A stretch of DNA of 64,000 nt, taken from contig JBNZDD010013638.1 in assembly GCA_050575255.1 (NCBI GenBank), forward strand, positions 1,135,726 to 1,199,725. The letters are read 5' to 3'. How positions within the stretch are numbered: the first letter of the stretch is position 1; each line of letters opens with the position of its first letter. Positions 38,151 through 52,022 of this stretch are shown one piece after another. Below the pieces are notes generated by a model. That model was not told where the DNA came from. It saw only the letters and a program-made list of their open reading frames with translations, and did not search any database. The position numbers and the translations under genes were made by a program. This DNA comes from Harriotta raleighana (taxonomy: Eukaryota).

Positions 38151-39639
38151 ATTACCCATTAGACCTTTGACTTTGCAGCAACAAAAAATAGCATTTATAT
38201 AGCGCCTTTCACATTGGAGCAGGAGAAGTGGAGCAAGCCAGTGTCTGCAGAGCAGAGGGGACAGGTTGGTGAGGTTTTAATGGGGCGCAGGCGATGGGGG
38301 TGATCGGCTCACAAAGCTTAATGTGGGAGAGGACACAAGCTGCAGAGCTCTGAAAAATCTGCATCTTGTAGAGGGCATGTTTGGAAAGTCCAATGAGCAA
38401 GGAGTTGGCGGAATGAAGCCTGGACATAATGAATGCATCCAGATAGGAGTCATGGGGGATGAATGTCTACATCAGTGATTGTTCAGCTCCTCCCAAGTAC
38501 CAGGAGCTGCTTAAGAGCCGTTGGTATTCTTCATCGTCGTATTTGTGAAGCAGCAAATTGATACTGAGCCTACCTTTTGGAGGGCAGTATCACTTACATT
38601 AAATTTTGATCGAAACCAAATTTAAATTATAGACTACAACATTCTTTTTAACCAAAGGGGTCCTAAACTGTTCAGATGGTTTTCCACCCTGATGTGTGCG
38701 CTTTCAATTGGCATTCAGCAATGTTTTAAAATGGCGCGATATTATCTTTAAGAAAAGTCCTGGACTCACACAAATGTGACGTTTCCGAATCTTATCGGCT
38801 TCAAGTTTCATTCTAACCATTAACAAGTAAATCTTTCACTGTGTGTGTGTGTCCGTGTGTTTTGGTGAGCTGTGTGTGTATGTGTACAATTTCAGCAGGA
38901 GATCTTGTCCACTAAATGCAAAGTGTGGTGAAAAATTCTTTTTCCATTTAAATGCCATCTGGTTCTGTAATGATCAAATAATTAGCATATGTAAATGAAG
39001 ATTGTTTTTTGTGTTTTAAAACTTCTGTTGAGCCTGGCTGGCTTGTTTAACGGAACAAATTTGAGCATTTACAGATACACAAATGTTTGTCATTTTAACA
39101 AGCAGAGTGCAGAAGGGCACCTTTTCTGTGGGTGACCATGTGCATTAAACAAAAGCCCGAATACACTATTCCTTTACAATTCTCCTCTTATCAATGGGGC
39201 TGGCATTCATTCAGATAACATGGTTTCCTTTTCAAAAAGAGGGATTAACACAACAAATCTGTGTTGGTGCAATGGCTGGACAGCTTTTATCACTCTCTGA
39301 ATGTTTGGTTGCATCGCAAGACAGATGGGATTAACAGCTCAGTATGATTTGAGGAATTATGTATTTTTTAAAATGCTTGCGTTACAAGAGTAAACGTGTA
39401 TTCATAATAGCTCTCTGAATTGGCACCAGCCTTGAGAACCAAATAAGGGAGTTCAAGGGTGCCTTCAGGTGTACTTTTTAAATCAATGCAATTGGTCTAA
39501 TCGCTAAAATGCAGCAGCAGCACATATTCCCTGGTGTCAGGGAATAAAAGCAGGGAAATAACTCAACTAAACATTGGAAAGTATTGAGGAGCATGTTTTT
39601 GCCATAATTGTACAGGAGAGTGATTGTGCTGTAAGTGTG

Positions 39640-39980
39640 TCAGCCTGGCTCAGTTGGTAGCACTCTCATCTCAGAGTCAGAACATTGTGAGTTCAAGTTC
39701 CACATTGACACTTTGAGCTCTCATGTTGGGTGTGGGTGTTTGCTGCATTGCTGGAGGAGCAGTACTTTGGATGAGACGTTAAACCAAATTCCCCATCTAC
39801 AATGCAGATGGATGTTAATGTTCCCATGGTCCTATTTGAAAAGAGAGGAGAGTTTTCCGCCTAACAATCCTCAAGATGAAATTGGTTGCCCACTTCATGG
39901 CTGCTTGTGGGGGCATTACCAATTTGCTGTCGCATTCGCCCACAAAATATATAGTCGTTATGCTTTACAGTAATTTCCTG
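39640..39980 (+). mobile_element. Old Deu-domain SINE
   Basis: tggctcagttggtagcactctc head; tttggatgagacgttaaacc...gatggatgttaatgttcccatgg core. Confidence 0.7.
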
Positions 39981-40772
39981 TGTAAATTCAAGTATGACTG
40001 TTAGGTTTGCTGTCACAATAGGTAGAGGAGGTACCACAGGTTACCACGGGGTAATGTTGCTTGGAAAGGAGCACATTGTAGAGTGATTAAAAATCAAAGC
40101 AGTGCAGGTAAAAATTAGAGGGAAACACTTCAGGTAAAATAGACCAATAGTGGGAAAAGTATAAGATGGGTAGGGTTCACTGTAAGCACCATCCGACTAG
40201 GAGTAAAGATAGTGGATTAAAGATTGGAGTTTGTATTTTGTGGATGAGCCTGGAGATGACTTGGAAAAATAAGCAGTTTACATAGGAGGCACGTAATATA
40301 GGTCTGGTAAACCAGGATAAATGATCGTGCAAAACGAGATTCGAATGTTTAAACTCTGAGCTATAACATCAATTATGATGAAACAACATGTGTATGAAGA
40401 TATTGAATCAAGAAATTGTGCGATTAAAGAGACAAGGAAAGGACATCTTAAACTGTATTGAAATAATTTGTCACTGAATGGTCTACATCCCCCAAACAGA
40501 TTAATATGACATGGTCGATGATTCCTGCGCTCAAATTTGGTTGCTGGCATTCGTTTACAAAATGCAGTCAGTCACTGCGCTGCAGTGATTCCTATGAAGC
40601 AATTTGAAACGTCTCATCGACTCAATAAATCACTTATCAAATGCAAGTGTTGTTATTCTGAAATGAATTGAAAACACATTGGAGGTTAGGGAATGTTCCA
40701 CCATTTTCAAGAAATGGGAAAATGCTCAATCAGGTAACCATGGGCCATATTGTCTTGCATCATTCGAGTGTA

Positions 40773-41090
40773 AACAACAACAACAAAATTACACTTGTAT
40801 AGCGCCTTTCACATCAGGAGGACGTCCCAAGGAGCTGGACAGTCATTGTTTGAGACACGAGCTGGGGACGGGGAAGCTGGAGGGAAAGGGGGGGATTTGG
40901 GGTAACCGATGGAACTGTCGAAGAGGAGGGTCTTGAGGTGGAACAAAGGGTCAAGGCGGAGGGACTGCGGGATAGAGTTCCAGAGGTTGGGGGCAGAGTG
41001 TGGCTGAAGGCTCGCCCACCAATGGTGGGGTGGGTGAGTCGGGGGTCGTGGAGCAGGCCGGAGCCTGCTGAGTGGAGAGGCGAGGGCAAG
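40773..41090 (-). mobile_element. L2 LINE 3' end
   Basis: (aac)n tail; the minus strand encodes PTIGGRAFSH-like L2 C-terminal residues. Confidence 0.75.
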
Positions 41091-41639
41091 TTGGAGAATC
41101 TGAACGGGTTAGAAGGAAACATTGGTAAAAGCAAGCTTGTTTGGGATCATTTTAGTCAAATATATGATGAAATTCCCCGAACACCCCCAATATACCTACG
41201 CAAGTGCATGTTTTGCGCATTGACTTTCATAAAACACGATAGAGGGTTGCATAGAGTTACGCATAATGATATGGCGTGGAAACGGGTCATTTGGTCCAAC
41301 TAGTCCATGCCAGTGCTTACACTCCACAAGGCTTGTCGTGAAGATGAAAGCCTATGGCCTGTATAACTTGTATGCAAATGAGTTGAATGTGGTTATGTGG
41401 AGGAAAATAGAATTTACAGATAAGAAAGTAAGATATCTCACCAATATCAATGAATTGAGTGAGATTGAATACATTAGGAGAGTGGGTGAGGGGAAATTTA
41501 AAGCAGATAAGTGTGTATTTACTTACAAATAATCTCACAACACTAAAACAGAAATCTCTGAAGTGCTTTGAGATGTTTCAATGTGTAATGGTGCTACACC
41601 AAATGTAAGGATTATTATAGGTGAAGTAGATATTGGGAA

Positions 41640-42270
41640 GATGTGAAATGGAGGAGGAAAAAAAAGCTATAAGAAGAGGAAATGTAGGGTTATTAGGTCT
41701 TATTGGTAGGGCATTGAATAAAGAAGAGAGTGCTGATTCTGTGCAAAAGAAGATATTGGTTAGGCAGCAGCTGGTGCACTGTGCAGCTTCAGTCAACCTC
41801 ATTATGAAAAGGATATCAGAGCCTTGGCGAGGGTGAAGCAGAGATTCACTAGGATGATAACCAGGGATGAAAGGATATAGTTATGATGAAAGGCTTAAAC
41901 TGGGGCTGCATTCACTAGTGCACACAAGGTTAAGAGGGGATCTAATAGATCTGAAAAGGGTTTGAGAGGGTTAATAATGAAAGATTATTTCCACTTGTTG
42001 GTGAATCGACAACAAGAAAGCACAGACTTGAGATTATTACCGGAGGTTTTAGTGTTTTTATACGAAAGAGTTATAAGGATGTGGAATGCTTCAAGTAGGT
42101 GTTGAAGTCCAGTCAGTTACAAGATTTTCCAACATTTAAAGGGGGGAATTGGATAATCTCTAAAATCTTTGAAAGGGTGTGGGGAAAGGAGAAAGGAATT
42201 TGAAGTAGTTGGGTTCAGTGGGGAGCGAGCACAGCACAGACACAATGGACTGAACAGCCGTCTCCTGTGC
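41640..42270 (+). mobile_element. CR1 LINE 3' fragment
   Basis: ...gcagagattcactaggatgataaccagggatgaaagg...ggttaagaggggatctaataga...gacacaatggactgaacagcc. Confidence 0.75.
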
Positions 42271-43299
42271 ATTCATTTCAACAACAACTACTACTTGTAT
42301 TTGTATAGCTCCCTTCACAGAGGACTTAGCAATAGCGTAGTTTGATGCCAAAGGGCAATCGTGGGCATGTTCGAAGAGGAAGGTCTTCGCTGATCAAGGC
42401 TTTGCAGTCCCAACGTGTTACACTTGTCCTGTACATACTTCTCAAGAATTAAGAATATTTTTAGGAGCTTTTATCAAGTATTGTTTCAAAAATGAAGTGT
42501 TGCATATGTGTATATTATAGAGCACCTTGGGACATCCTCCCGACGTGAAAGGTGCTCTACAAGTGTAATATTGTTGTTGTTCATGTTGTAATGCCTTTTG
42601 ATCAAATTAATTCTCAGTCTCCTATCTGTTGGGTGGAATACTAAAACCACATTTTTCATTGCAGCAGCTTTTGAGATGGGGGCGCGGTGTCCCTTTTTGT
42701 GAATTTTCTTTTGTTTGTTTATTGTTTGGTTTTGTACAGTGAGTTGTCGGTTTTTATTCTAACTTTTTGCTTTTCTGTTTTCCCTGTTGTACTCTTTTTC
42801 TCTCTCCTGACAGTATTCGTTTGAAAGGTAGTAATATCCAAAACGGCCAGGAGGAGTTGTTTTTTTTTTGGGGGTGGGAGGAGGGAGGGGGTGGAGGAAA
42901 AGGTCAGGAATTTCAGAAGTTCATGGGAGTAAGACGCTCATTTTTTTCCTGTGAGTCTGGAGCATGACTTGTTCATCGAGGACCTCTTGTGGCAGATGCC
43001 CGATTCTGCAACTTCAAACAAACCCTAACAATAAAGGAGCAAAAGACCTGAACATTTCCATTTTCCACCTCCGTTTATTTATTACTTATTTTTCTCACTG
43101 TTCTTCATTGGGTGAAAGTCCTAGAGGGCAATTGTGGCTTTCACGCATGCATTTAGTATCTGTGCTCGGCTAGGCTCTCACTTACCCCTGCTTTGTTTAA
43201 TTGTAGGAATGTAACCCCAATGTTGACAGGTCCTATGTGAACAATTTGTGTGTGATCCAGACGAGACCTAGATATCCCTGGTCACACCATTCCATGTTT

Positions 43300-43855
43300 T
43301 ATTTTGGTCAGCCGGATGTCTGACATCCGAGGAAACCCATCATTACGCTTAGGAGTATCCAAAACAGATTGAGAATTAAAATTTCTTGGAATGAAATGTG
43401 CACTCGCTCCCCAGAGGGACACATCCTGTTTATCTGATCCCAGAGAATATTAGGCTTGGGTTGGTGAGCCAATGTTTGGGGACCACAGAATATGCACTGG
43501 AGTTTAATCAGCTAAAACTGCATAACCTGGCATTGAGAACACTGTCTGGTCGGTTTCCCGCTGCTTGGCAGCTAGGATAACCCTAACTGTTAGGATTTTG
43601 CAGGATTGATGTAGTGGGAAAAACTTTTATTCCAAACCACCACTCAGCCCTCTGTCTTGCTGATGAGCCAGGCTGGCAGGCACTGGAGTACTGCCGATCT
43701 GCCTTGCTCACTAACTGCACTACCAAGACTCCCACAGGATTGACTCAATTCCAATATTCCATCGGCAGGCAAGTATGTCAGCTTGGAGTCAGTTCAACTC
43801 CAAGGAGACCCTGCTATTCTCCCCATTAACTCGGTCCCCAGGAGATTAGTATCCT
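43300..43855 (-). mobile_element. Family X repeat, copy 5
   Basis: ttttggtcagccggatgtctgacatccgaggaaacccatcattacgcttaggagtatccaaaacaga. Confidence 0.6.
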
Positions 43856-44831
43856 AGGTTAATGGGTATCCCCTCCCTGTCCACATTCAAAATGGCAGAA
43901 TTAGGCTCTCGTGTGTAACATACATTGAATTTAGTGAATGTGACTGTTTGTTAAAGCCGTGCCGTGTCTCTCATTTACTTGCGGTGCTGGCTGACTGATG
44001 ACATTAAATTCTCTGCAGTCGTTCTTGTACCTCGCCCTCAAGTGAGAGTAAAAATGCACAATTCCAAACCATTATAAATGTCCCGATGGCGTGTCACATC
44101 CCAGGGATCACAGGGACAACTTATAGATGCAATTGAACAAGAATGGAATGTCTTATCTTTCATTATGGCTGTGGGTTTCCTTTCACATTTGTGCTGTCTC
44201 TTCCTCTGGATATGAAAAGATGCTGTTTCTGAGCAGGTGGGGGGTAGGTACATTCTGGTATTCATACTAGACTTTATGAGTATTTACACACCATTGATGT
44301 TTTCCCCTTATTCAGAAGTTTGGCGTGTTCTGTCAAAAGGTGAGTTTTTCTCCCTGGAGAGGTGACTGTTTGAGAGGGCTTCTGATAGAGGTGTTGAACA
44401 GTATGAAAGGTTTCGATCAACTGGGTGATAATAGGGTGTTTTCATTGTTGACGAGTCCAAACTAGGATATACATTAATGTAAGATAGCTAGCAGCGCTTT
44501 ATAAGGGGTTATGAATAAGGGGTAAGATTTCCCTGTTGTAATGTTTTATACAAGGATCATTTTCACTTGTTTGAGATCTAAATTTTACATCAAACCTGTT
44601 TTGTGTCTTGAGGATTTTCTAAGAAAAGCGATTCATTGACTTCTTTCAGACCTCATTTTGCTGTTTCAATATGAGGTCCCAGTCTGCTGAGGAAGCTACT
44701 GCAGTATTTTTCACCATAAGCAACCTTGAAGGGTGTTGGAAAGGCTCCAATAAATGTTTTTTTCAGCATTCAATTGATTGGGGGATAAGTGGGGAGAATA
44801 CTGTACTGTGTGTTGCATGACTGGATAGTGG

Positions 44832-45165
44832 AGTCCTGTAGCATATTGGTTAGGACTTGTCTCATAAGCAAGAGACCTGGGTTTGATTCCTGGGTAGGCA
44901 AGTTTCCTTTCTCCACAGCATCAAGCAGTAAATAGGAACCTGGTTGTTAGTCGAATGGCAGATTGCTTTGTGGGTGTAATAATCCCATCAAAATGAATAA
45001 ATCATAAATTAGTCACTCGATCCACAACTGTTTGTGGGACTTTAGCAATTAGCTGCCGAATTTCATCCACAAAATATGTGATCAATTCACTTTACAATAT
45101 ATTCTATGAAGTGCTTCAAGACGTCACAGCGACATAAGGCACTATATCAAATGCAAGGGTTATTA
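44832..45165 (+). mobile_element. tRNA-derived SINE, longer variant
   Basis: gagtcctgtagc head, central agcagtaaataggaacctgg segment, family tail. Confidence 0.75.
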
Positions 45166-45844
45166 CAATAACATATCAGATTTTGTTACAGTCAATCTAA
45201 AACAAATTACATAACCAATAGTTCCACATTGGGAAGGGAAGTTTCAAAATTAAAATGAAGTTTCAAAATTGTTAAATCAATTTTCCCAGAATTTCCCCTT
45301 CCTTTCTTCTCCCCACCCCCTTTTCCACATCTTACATGATTGTGTTGACTAAACAAACTGGAACATTATGACATTATAAACCAATTCCATTGCTGAACCT
45401 ATAAGCCGGAAAGGGAAATTTGCTGTGTGCTATGGATGTGCTTTGAAGCTCCTGTCCTCCAGACTGCTGGAGTTTTAATAACTAAACACTGCTATACAGT
45501 CTGAGTGAATTGGCCTGTGAATTGCTTTTAATAAAAGTCTGAACAAGACAAATTCAGTTTCCCAGGATAACTGAAGGTGGTGTGTTTTTTATTTGGTATT
45601 TTGGCAAATTCTATAAATTGTTGCACAAAATCGACAAAAGTGTCGGGGGCACCTCTCTCCCAAGAGGTTTCCTTCAACCAAATCCCTTTCTCCCTTTGTT
45701 GCCTCTGAACCAGCCGGAGTTGGACACAGGTCAGATACATGAAGCCAGAGCATTGGATCGTGGCTTCCTTGCATTCAACTGAAGCTCAGTTGGATGCTAG
45801 ATTTACACAGAATAAGCCCTGCCCTATTAGATGATAGATCATAA

Positions 45845-46350
45845 TACAGTACCCAACCAACCGGTATTCTCAACCAACTGATATCTCCCAATATACAATT
45901 CACCATTCCAGCAACTGGATCTCATACCGGAGCCAAGCTCATTAGTGAGTCTGTTGTCTCAAGAGAGTACAGTATGAGTAGTCCTGAATGCTGCCGGTAG
46001 TGTCTTAAAGTGGCACTGCTGTTTTTTCCTCTTAAAGCAGTACTGTCAGTGCCGCTTTAAGAGGAAAAACCTTCCGAGCCACTTTAAGCCACGACCGTCC
46101 GCCACTGTAGAAGTTTGCTTTGTGATTGTGTGCTGTGTTTATAGATGTAATCGATATTTATTGCTTTATTGGTACAATATTTAATCCATACAATATTCTG
46201 TTATTATTTAGTCTGTTATTAATGTAATAAGTTTTAAAATAAGTTAATTTTTTGTGTTGGGTTTTCAGCAACTTGCCATTCGAATATCCGGTATATTTGA
46301 TTGATCGGCACCGGGCAGGTCCCGAGGGTGTCGGATAACAAAGGTTTTAT
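45845..46350. mobile_element. Degenerate Tigger/pogo-type MITE containing a long internal foldback
   Basis: Reverse complement of the right end, tacataaaacctttgttatccgacaccctcgggacc, resembles the 30032 terminus; the left boundary is uncertain. Confidence 0.5.
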
Positions 46351-47414
46351 GTAGTCATATTAACCCTTGCATTTGATATAGTGTCTTTATCATGTCGTTG
46401 AGACTTTTCAAAGTGCTTTACAGAATATATTGTAAAGTGAATTGACTGCATATTTTGTGGGCAAAACGCGGCAGCCAATTGCGCACAGCAGTAATAGATG
46501 AACAGTACAAGCCGAAAGTCCAATGCCTGAAGCCTGGCCTCGGAGACCTCACTCCCAGTTGAAAAGTGTTGAATTTGGTGGCACATTCGATGTGAGAAAT
46601 GCTGAATGTAAATTTAATTAACCCATTGTGATCCTAACATCTCTGAGGAGAGTAGCATAAATGTGAAGAACAAAACTACAGCAATCACAAAGCATTTCCC
46701 AACAATTGCATCCACATATTAACCCTTAGAATATGGGTTTGAATCCTAGCCCCTTGAACCTTTACCCATTAAGAGAACAGATAAATAAAAATTGTTATGT
46801 CTGTACTTGTGCACAGTTTGACACTGTTTAACTGAAAATTATTTAAAAAACTGAAAATGTTTAATTGTAGTAAGAGGCAAAGCCAAGATACAATAAAAAT
46901 CAATTTGGCTAATTTTACCGTACTTCACTGTAAACATCTAAATGTGTTTTGTGGATTTAATTTTTGGTTGCAGTTATAAATGTTATACAATTACTTGTTG
47001 GTCTCCTCTTGTTTGGTTAGCGGATTTTATTCAATTAAATAGCTGAGGTCTAAAGACTCAAGATTGCAGGTTTGAATCTAGTCTGCACTGGCCAAGTCAG
47101 CAGTTCAGATTTTACAATTGAGCTCAGCATCTCTGGATTAGTGAGGGGAAATCAGCCAGGAAATCTCACTCCATAGATCTCTGAAGCTTTCATGTGAGAC
47201 TGGATCAGAGTTTGATGACATTTTCCCTTCCTCCACAAGCTGCCCAGAATGAAGAAACCAGGAATGAACCTGGCGAAACATTGTTTAATTGGGAAAATCT
47301 GAGTCTCTTTGATGGTCTGGACACATTGCATAACATAGGCAGGCTACAAGCACATTGAGGCCCAGAGAACTGGTCAGATTGCTCTTTATAGTGAGGTGCG
47401 AGACATATACAGTA

Positions 47415-48037
47415 CAGTTAACCCTCGTCGATCGTGGGGGTTACGTTCCTGAAAAACTGCGCACTCAATGAAATCGCGTTAGAGAAGCTTAAGAAGTAAT
47501 GAGAAAAGGGGAGTTAGAGGAATCCAGTTGCAGGCTACCCACCTCAAGCCGCAGAAAGCCGCTCGGGGGTGGGTGGTGGGGGGGGAGCCGCTCGGGGGCA
47601 GGGGCGGGCGAGAGGGGGGGAGCCACTCGGGGCCGGGGGAGTCGCTCAGGGGCCGGGGCAGGCGGGGGGGGAGCCGCACTGTAGGAGACTGTCTCTCACT
47701 CTGTCTCCTGTTTACTATGCAATACATCAGGCCGAACAGTTATCTAAACCTTACCCGGGAATGCATTGCGCACAGGGCCAGCCAGCCAAGGAATCATCGG
47801 CTTTAGTCGGGATCTGCCGGCCTCGTTAAAAGTGCACATGCGTGTGGGACCAGCCAGCGAGGAATCATCGGATTTAGTCGGCGGCTGTCGGCAAACTCAC
47901 ACGTGGGCATTCGCGCGGGGGCCAGCCAGCGTGTATACACAAGTTTTACGCGCCCTGCACAAAAACGTGATGCTTTTATTTGGTCGAGTATACTTGAATT
48001 CGCAATCGATAAAGTTGCCTTCGACGAGGTTTAACTG
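47415..48037. mobile_element. Tigger/pogo-type MITE, CpG-rich and probably young
   Basis: TIRs CAGTTAACCCTCGTCGA / TCGACGAGGTTTAACTG with TA flanks; internal GC-rich tandem units (gggggagccgctcgggg; ccagccagc.aggaatcatcgg.tttagtcgg). Confidence 0.88.
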
Positions 48038-48469
48038 TATATAAACGTTTCTTCCTGGTTTACAATCGTCACGGCTCAAGATGTCACGTGACTCACACTG
48101 AAGGAGAAATCTGTGCTTGAGACCTAGAGTCTCTGCTTGTGTGAATTACACACACAATTTTACAACGCCCTCCTCACTCTTGTCTTGTTTATGAACCATG
48201 TCTTTTGCAGTCCGCATCTTGATTTTTTCACAAGGGATGTCTAAGGCCGAAGGAAGGACCCTTTTAAATCTTTCCTGCAGAATATTGATCTGAGTCTTAA
48301 ATTGGACTGACGCACTATGAAGGTGTTAATGCGGCTCGTTTAGTGGGCAACTTTGTTCTAGCGTCAGTGCTGATCACTGTTTCACTGTTAGGATTCATGT
48401 CCTGATGTCTAACATCTTTGGTTTGTCATTTTATCCTTGGGTCCAAGAGTTCTAATTATTATAGTAATA

Positions 48470-48842
48470 TAACAACAAAATTACATTTGTAGATCGCCTT
48501 TCACGTCGGGAGGACATCCCAAGGCGCTGAGCTTGGGGTGGGGGCAGGGGTGAATGAGGGCAGAGAGATCATATGGCGACTGAAGGCACAGTCGAAGAGG
48601 AGGGTCTTGAAGGAGGCAAGGGATGGAGCAAGGTGAAGGGATTGTGTGGATGGCATTCCAAAGCAAGGGGGGCAGAGAGACTGAAAGCCCAGCTGCCAAC
48701 GGTAGGGTAGGTCGGGCGGGAGACATGGAGTAGGATGGTGCCTGCCGAACGGAGGGAGCGGGCAGGTTGATAGGGGTTCAGCAGGTCAGAGAGGTAGGAG
48801 AGGGCGAGATCATGCAAGGCTTTGAAAGTGAGGACACGTGAG
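48470..48842 (-). mobile_element. L2 LINE 3' fragment
   Basis: Translation LALSYLSDLLNPYQPARSLRSAG...PTVGSWAFS; L2 tail. Confidence 0.85.
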
Positions 48843-50199
48843 GCTGATAATAAGCCTTACATTTGATAGAGTACCATTCACTTTTGAAAGACATCTCAAA
48901 GTGAGATTACCCATAAAGTAAAGTTACTGTACATTTTGTTTGTGAACGCAGCAGCCAATTTGCATACTGCAATAACCCGCAAACCTTCATGAAGTGAGTG
49001 ATCAATTGTATCTGGGGGATTGTGGACCAGTATACTGGAAATAACTCGCTTTTCTTTTCAAACTGTGTCATGAAATCTTTAGAGTTCAAAGCCCAGATAT
49101 GGGGCTTGAACCCATAAACTTTATATCTTCAAGGCAAGTCTTTCCCTCTTTGTTGCTTCTCTCTGAACCAGAATTTGGTGCATTTTAGCCACTGTGATAT
49201 AGGAGAAGCAAAGCCAGGGTTACTTTCCTTAAAATAGTAGACTGAGAAGCAGTTCAAAATCCCATCAACTCACGGTACATACAAAGCGATGCTCAAACTG
49301 CCTGTCCTGGGCTATGGAAATAGGAATGGATGCAATTCAGGCTTTTCCATCGCTTTAGTTTTGAAGTGCCATCAATATTCTGCCACTGAGCTATAAAGCT
49401 GACATCCTCTTGTAATGACTGCTGTTCCCAGAGGAGCACCAAAGCAGCTTAGTTTCAAGAGCGTGAGATGCTCCGATGCAGATCATTCAGCCCGACCTCT
49501 TGCATTAAATTCTGATTCAGCCTCAAATATTAGCTCCAGAGCTTCATTCCCTCGAGCGACGTCTCCCACTCTTCCTCCTTCGCCCAACCCCCTCCCCCTC
49601 CATCTGTCTGGGAGTGAATCAACAGCACATTTCATTGGCGTGGACGGAAATGACTGGTATTGCCCAGGAGTTTGTGATATAGAAACAGACCCTCAGTGCC
49701 CCCTCCCCCCCTCTGAAAAAAATACTATCCATCTGTGACACCAAACATCTGTGGTTAAAAAATCTGCTGGGGAAATAAAAGTTTCTGTTCTGGGGCCTCA
49801 AATGCCTTCATGTTGAACTGCTCACTCAGCGATAAATTGCTGTGCATTTATCAAGATCTTCTCAAGATAATGCTTCAGGAAAGAGATTGTGTGGAGGGAA
49901 GTCATATAGCAAAACTGCAAGCGGTGTTTGTATAAAATATTTCTGCATTTGCCTTTTTTAATCTATTCATCATTTAAGAATATTTGTGTTTTAAAGTTTA
50001 GATGGGTGAATGGGGTGAGGAGTTACCAAATGCTTGTCTGCAAAGTATTTCCATCCAGTTATTAGTGAAACAGTGACTTTTAAAAAAACTTGTGTCAATC
50101 AATATTAGTTTCCCTCACTTCTATTCATTCTCTCCTGAGCCCCAACAGATTTCATGGGATGGTTTGCAGTTCTCCAAAATACTATATCGTTTCTCGTCA

Positions 50200-50480
50200 C
50201 TGTAACAACAAATTATATTTGACATCAAGGCGCTGGACAGTCAGGGATTTGAGCCTGAGCGGGAGGTTGGAATCAGTGAGGGTAGGGGTAGGATGTTGAC
50301 TGTTGGAGCGGTCAAAGAGAAGTGAGTTTTGAGACAGGCCTTGAAGGAGACAAGGGAAGAGGAGAGGCGAGGGGGATTGGCGAGGGGGATTGTGGGATGG
50401 AGATGTAAAGAGTGGGCGTAGAGAGGCAGAAGGCCTGAATTCCGATGGTGGGGTGGGCCATGCGGGGAAGCGTGGAACAG
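50200..50480 (-). mobile_element. L2 LINE 3' fragment
   Basis: SFKACLKTHF-like terminus and PTIGIQAF motif. Confidence 0.7.
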
Positions 50481-51779
50481 GCTGGAGCCCACTGAGAGGA
50501 GCAAACATACCAAAGGCACCCTGGATCGCAGGTGATAATGTTTCTGGAATCCAAAGAGTCCTTGGCATAAATAAATGTAAAAAGAAACTGCATATTTACT
50601 GGCAATGTTCACTTTCCACCAACTATGGCACTTTTTATTTTGCAAAGCACTGATGCAGAACCAATGCACCTGCTAGGAGAGAGAGAGGTTTGTATTTGCA
50701 CATTGCAAAACTTGTGTGACGAATTCACCAGAGCTTGCAGTGGAAGATTTTCTGCTATTGTGTTTTTGTGGAAATTGTGCAATCAAAGCAACATGGAGTA
50801 TTTGGAAAAGGGTGGGGAAACCATTTTGAAAATTACCCATCCATTTTCTACAATATTATGTAATGTGGGAAGTGGGTTACTTAACACATCCAGAGCATAT
50901 TATCTCTCCCTCCTTCCCTCCCACCCCTTAAAAAAAGAGAAACCTAATGTTCAGTGAATTAAAATCTGACAGAATTTACAGTTCACATCGGGTGGGGAAT
51001 GGGGGAAGAGGATGATTATACAGAAGTCCGAGATGAGAGAACAATTGATTCTGTATTTAGAGTATCTGATCAGCAAGTAATGTTTTGGTCCAGATATTTT
51101 GGACAGTGAACATTTGCAAATCTAATCCAATTGCAAGGTGTACATTACATTGCGCAGCGGCTTTCAAACTTTGAATAGTGACACCCCCCCCTAACTCAGC
51201 AACATTTTCATTGGGGCCCCCCACCGCTCCTTCACACTCGGCTCCACACACTCAGGTCAATCAGCTCCTCACACTCGAGTCCTCGGCTCCGCACGCACTC
51301 GGGGCTTTGAGAAGCGAGGCAGCTCTAATGACGACCTTCAAGGATAATACCCTTTTTTCCAAGGTCGTTATTTGTGCAGCATGTTCATAGTGTTTATAAT
51401 TTAAAAAACTGGAATAGAGCGTTCTGCTGGCTTTTATTACTTTTGAAATGTGTCGCCCTCAAGTGACTCGAGTTTGTTAGTGGCTTAAGAAATGGATTCC
51501 ATCTTATAGGAAACGGGCTACTTTGTACACGTGATGAGCAGAAATTTATTTTTGGAGGGGCTGCGAAAGTAATAAAATTTAAGTTATGAACGCTGAATCA
51601 AGCGTAACTAGAGGTCGTTGCCCCGCAAAATTTGAAAAATGTCCTGAGCTTTATGAGCCACAATATTTTCTTACTGGCCCATTGTTGCAAGTCGAGCATA
51701 AACAGTCTTGAGTGTTAATGTGATCCTGGAGGCCTGGTTTCAGCATAGATGTTCTTTTGAGGAAGCTGCTCAAATTTAA

Positions 51780-52022
<243 letters not shown>

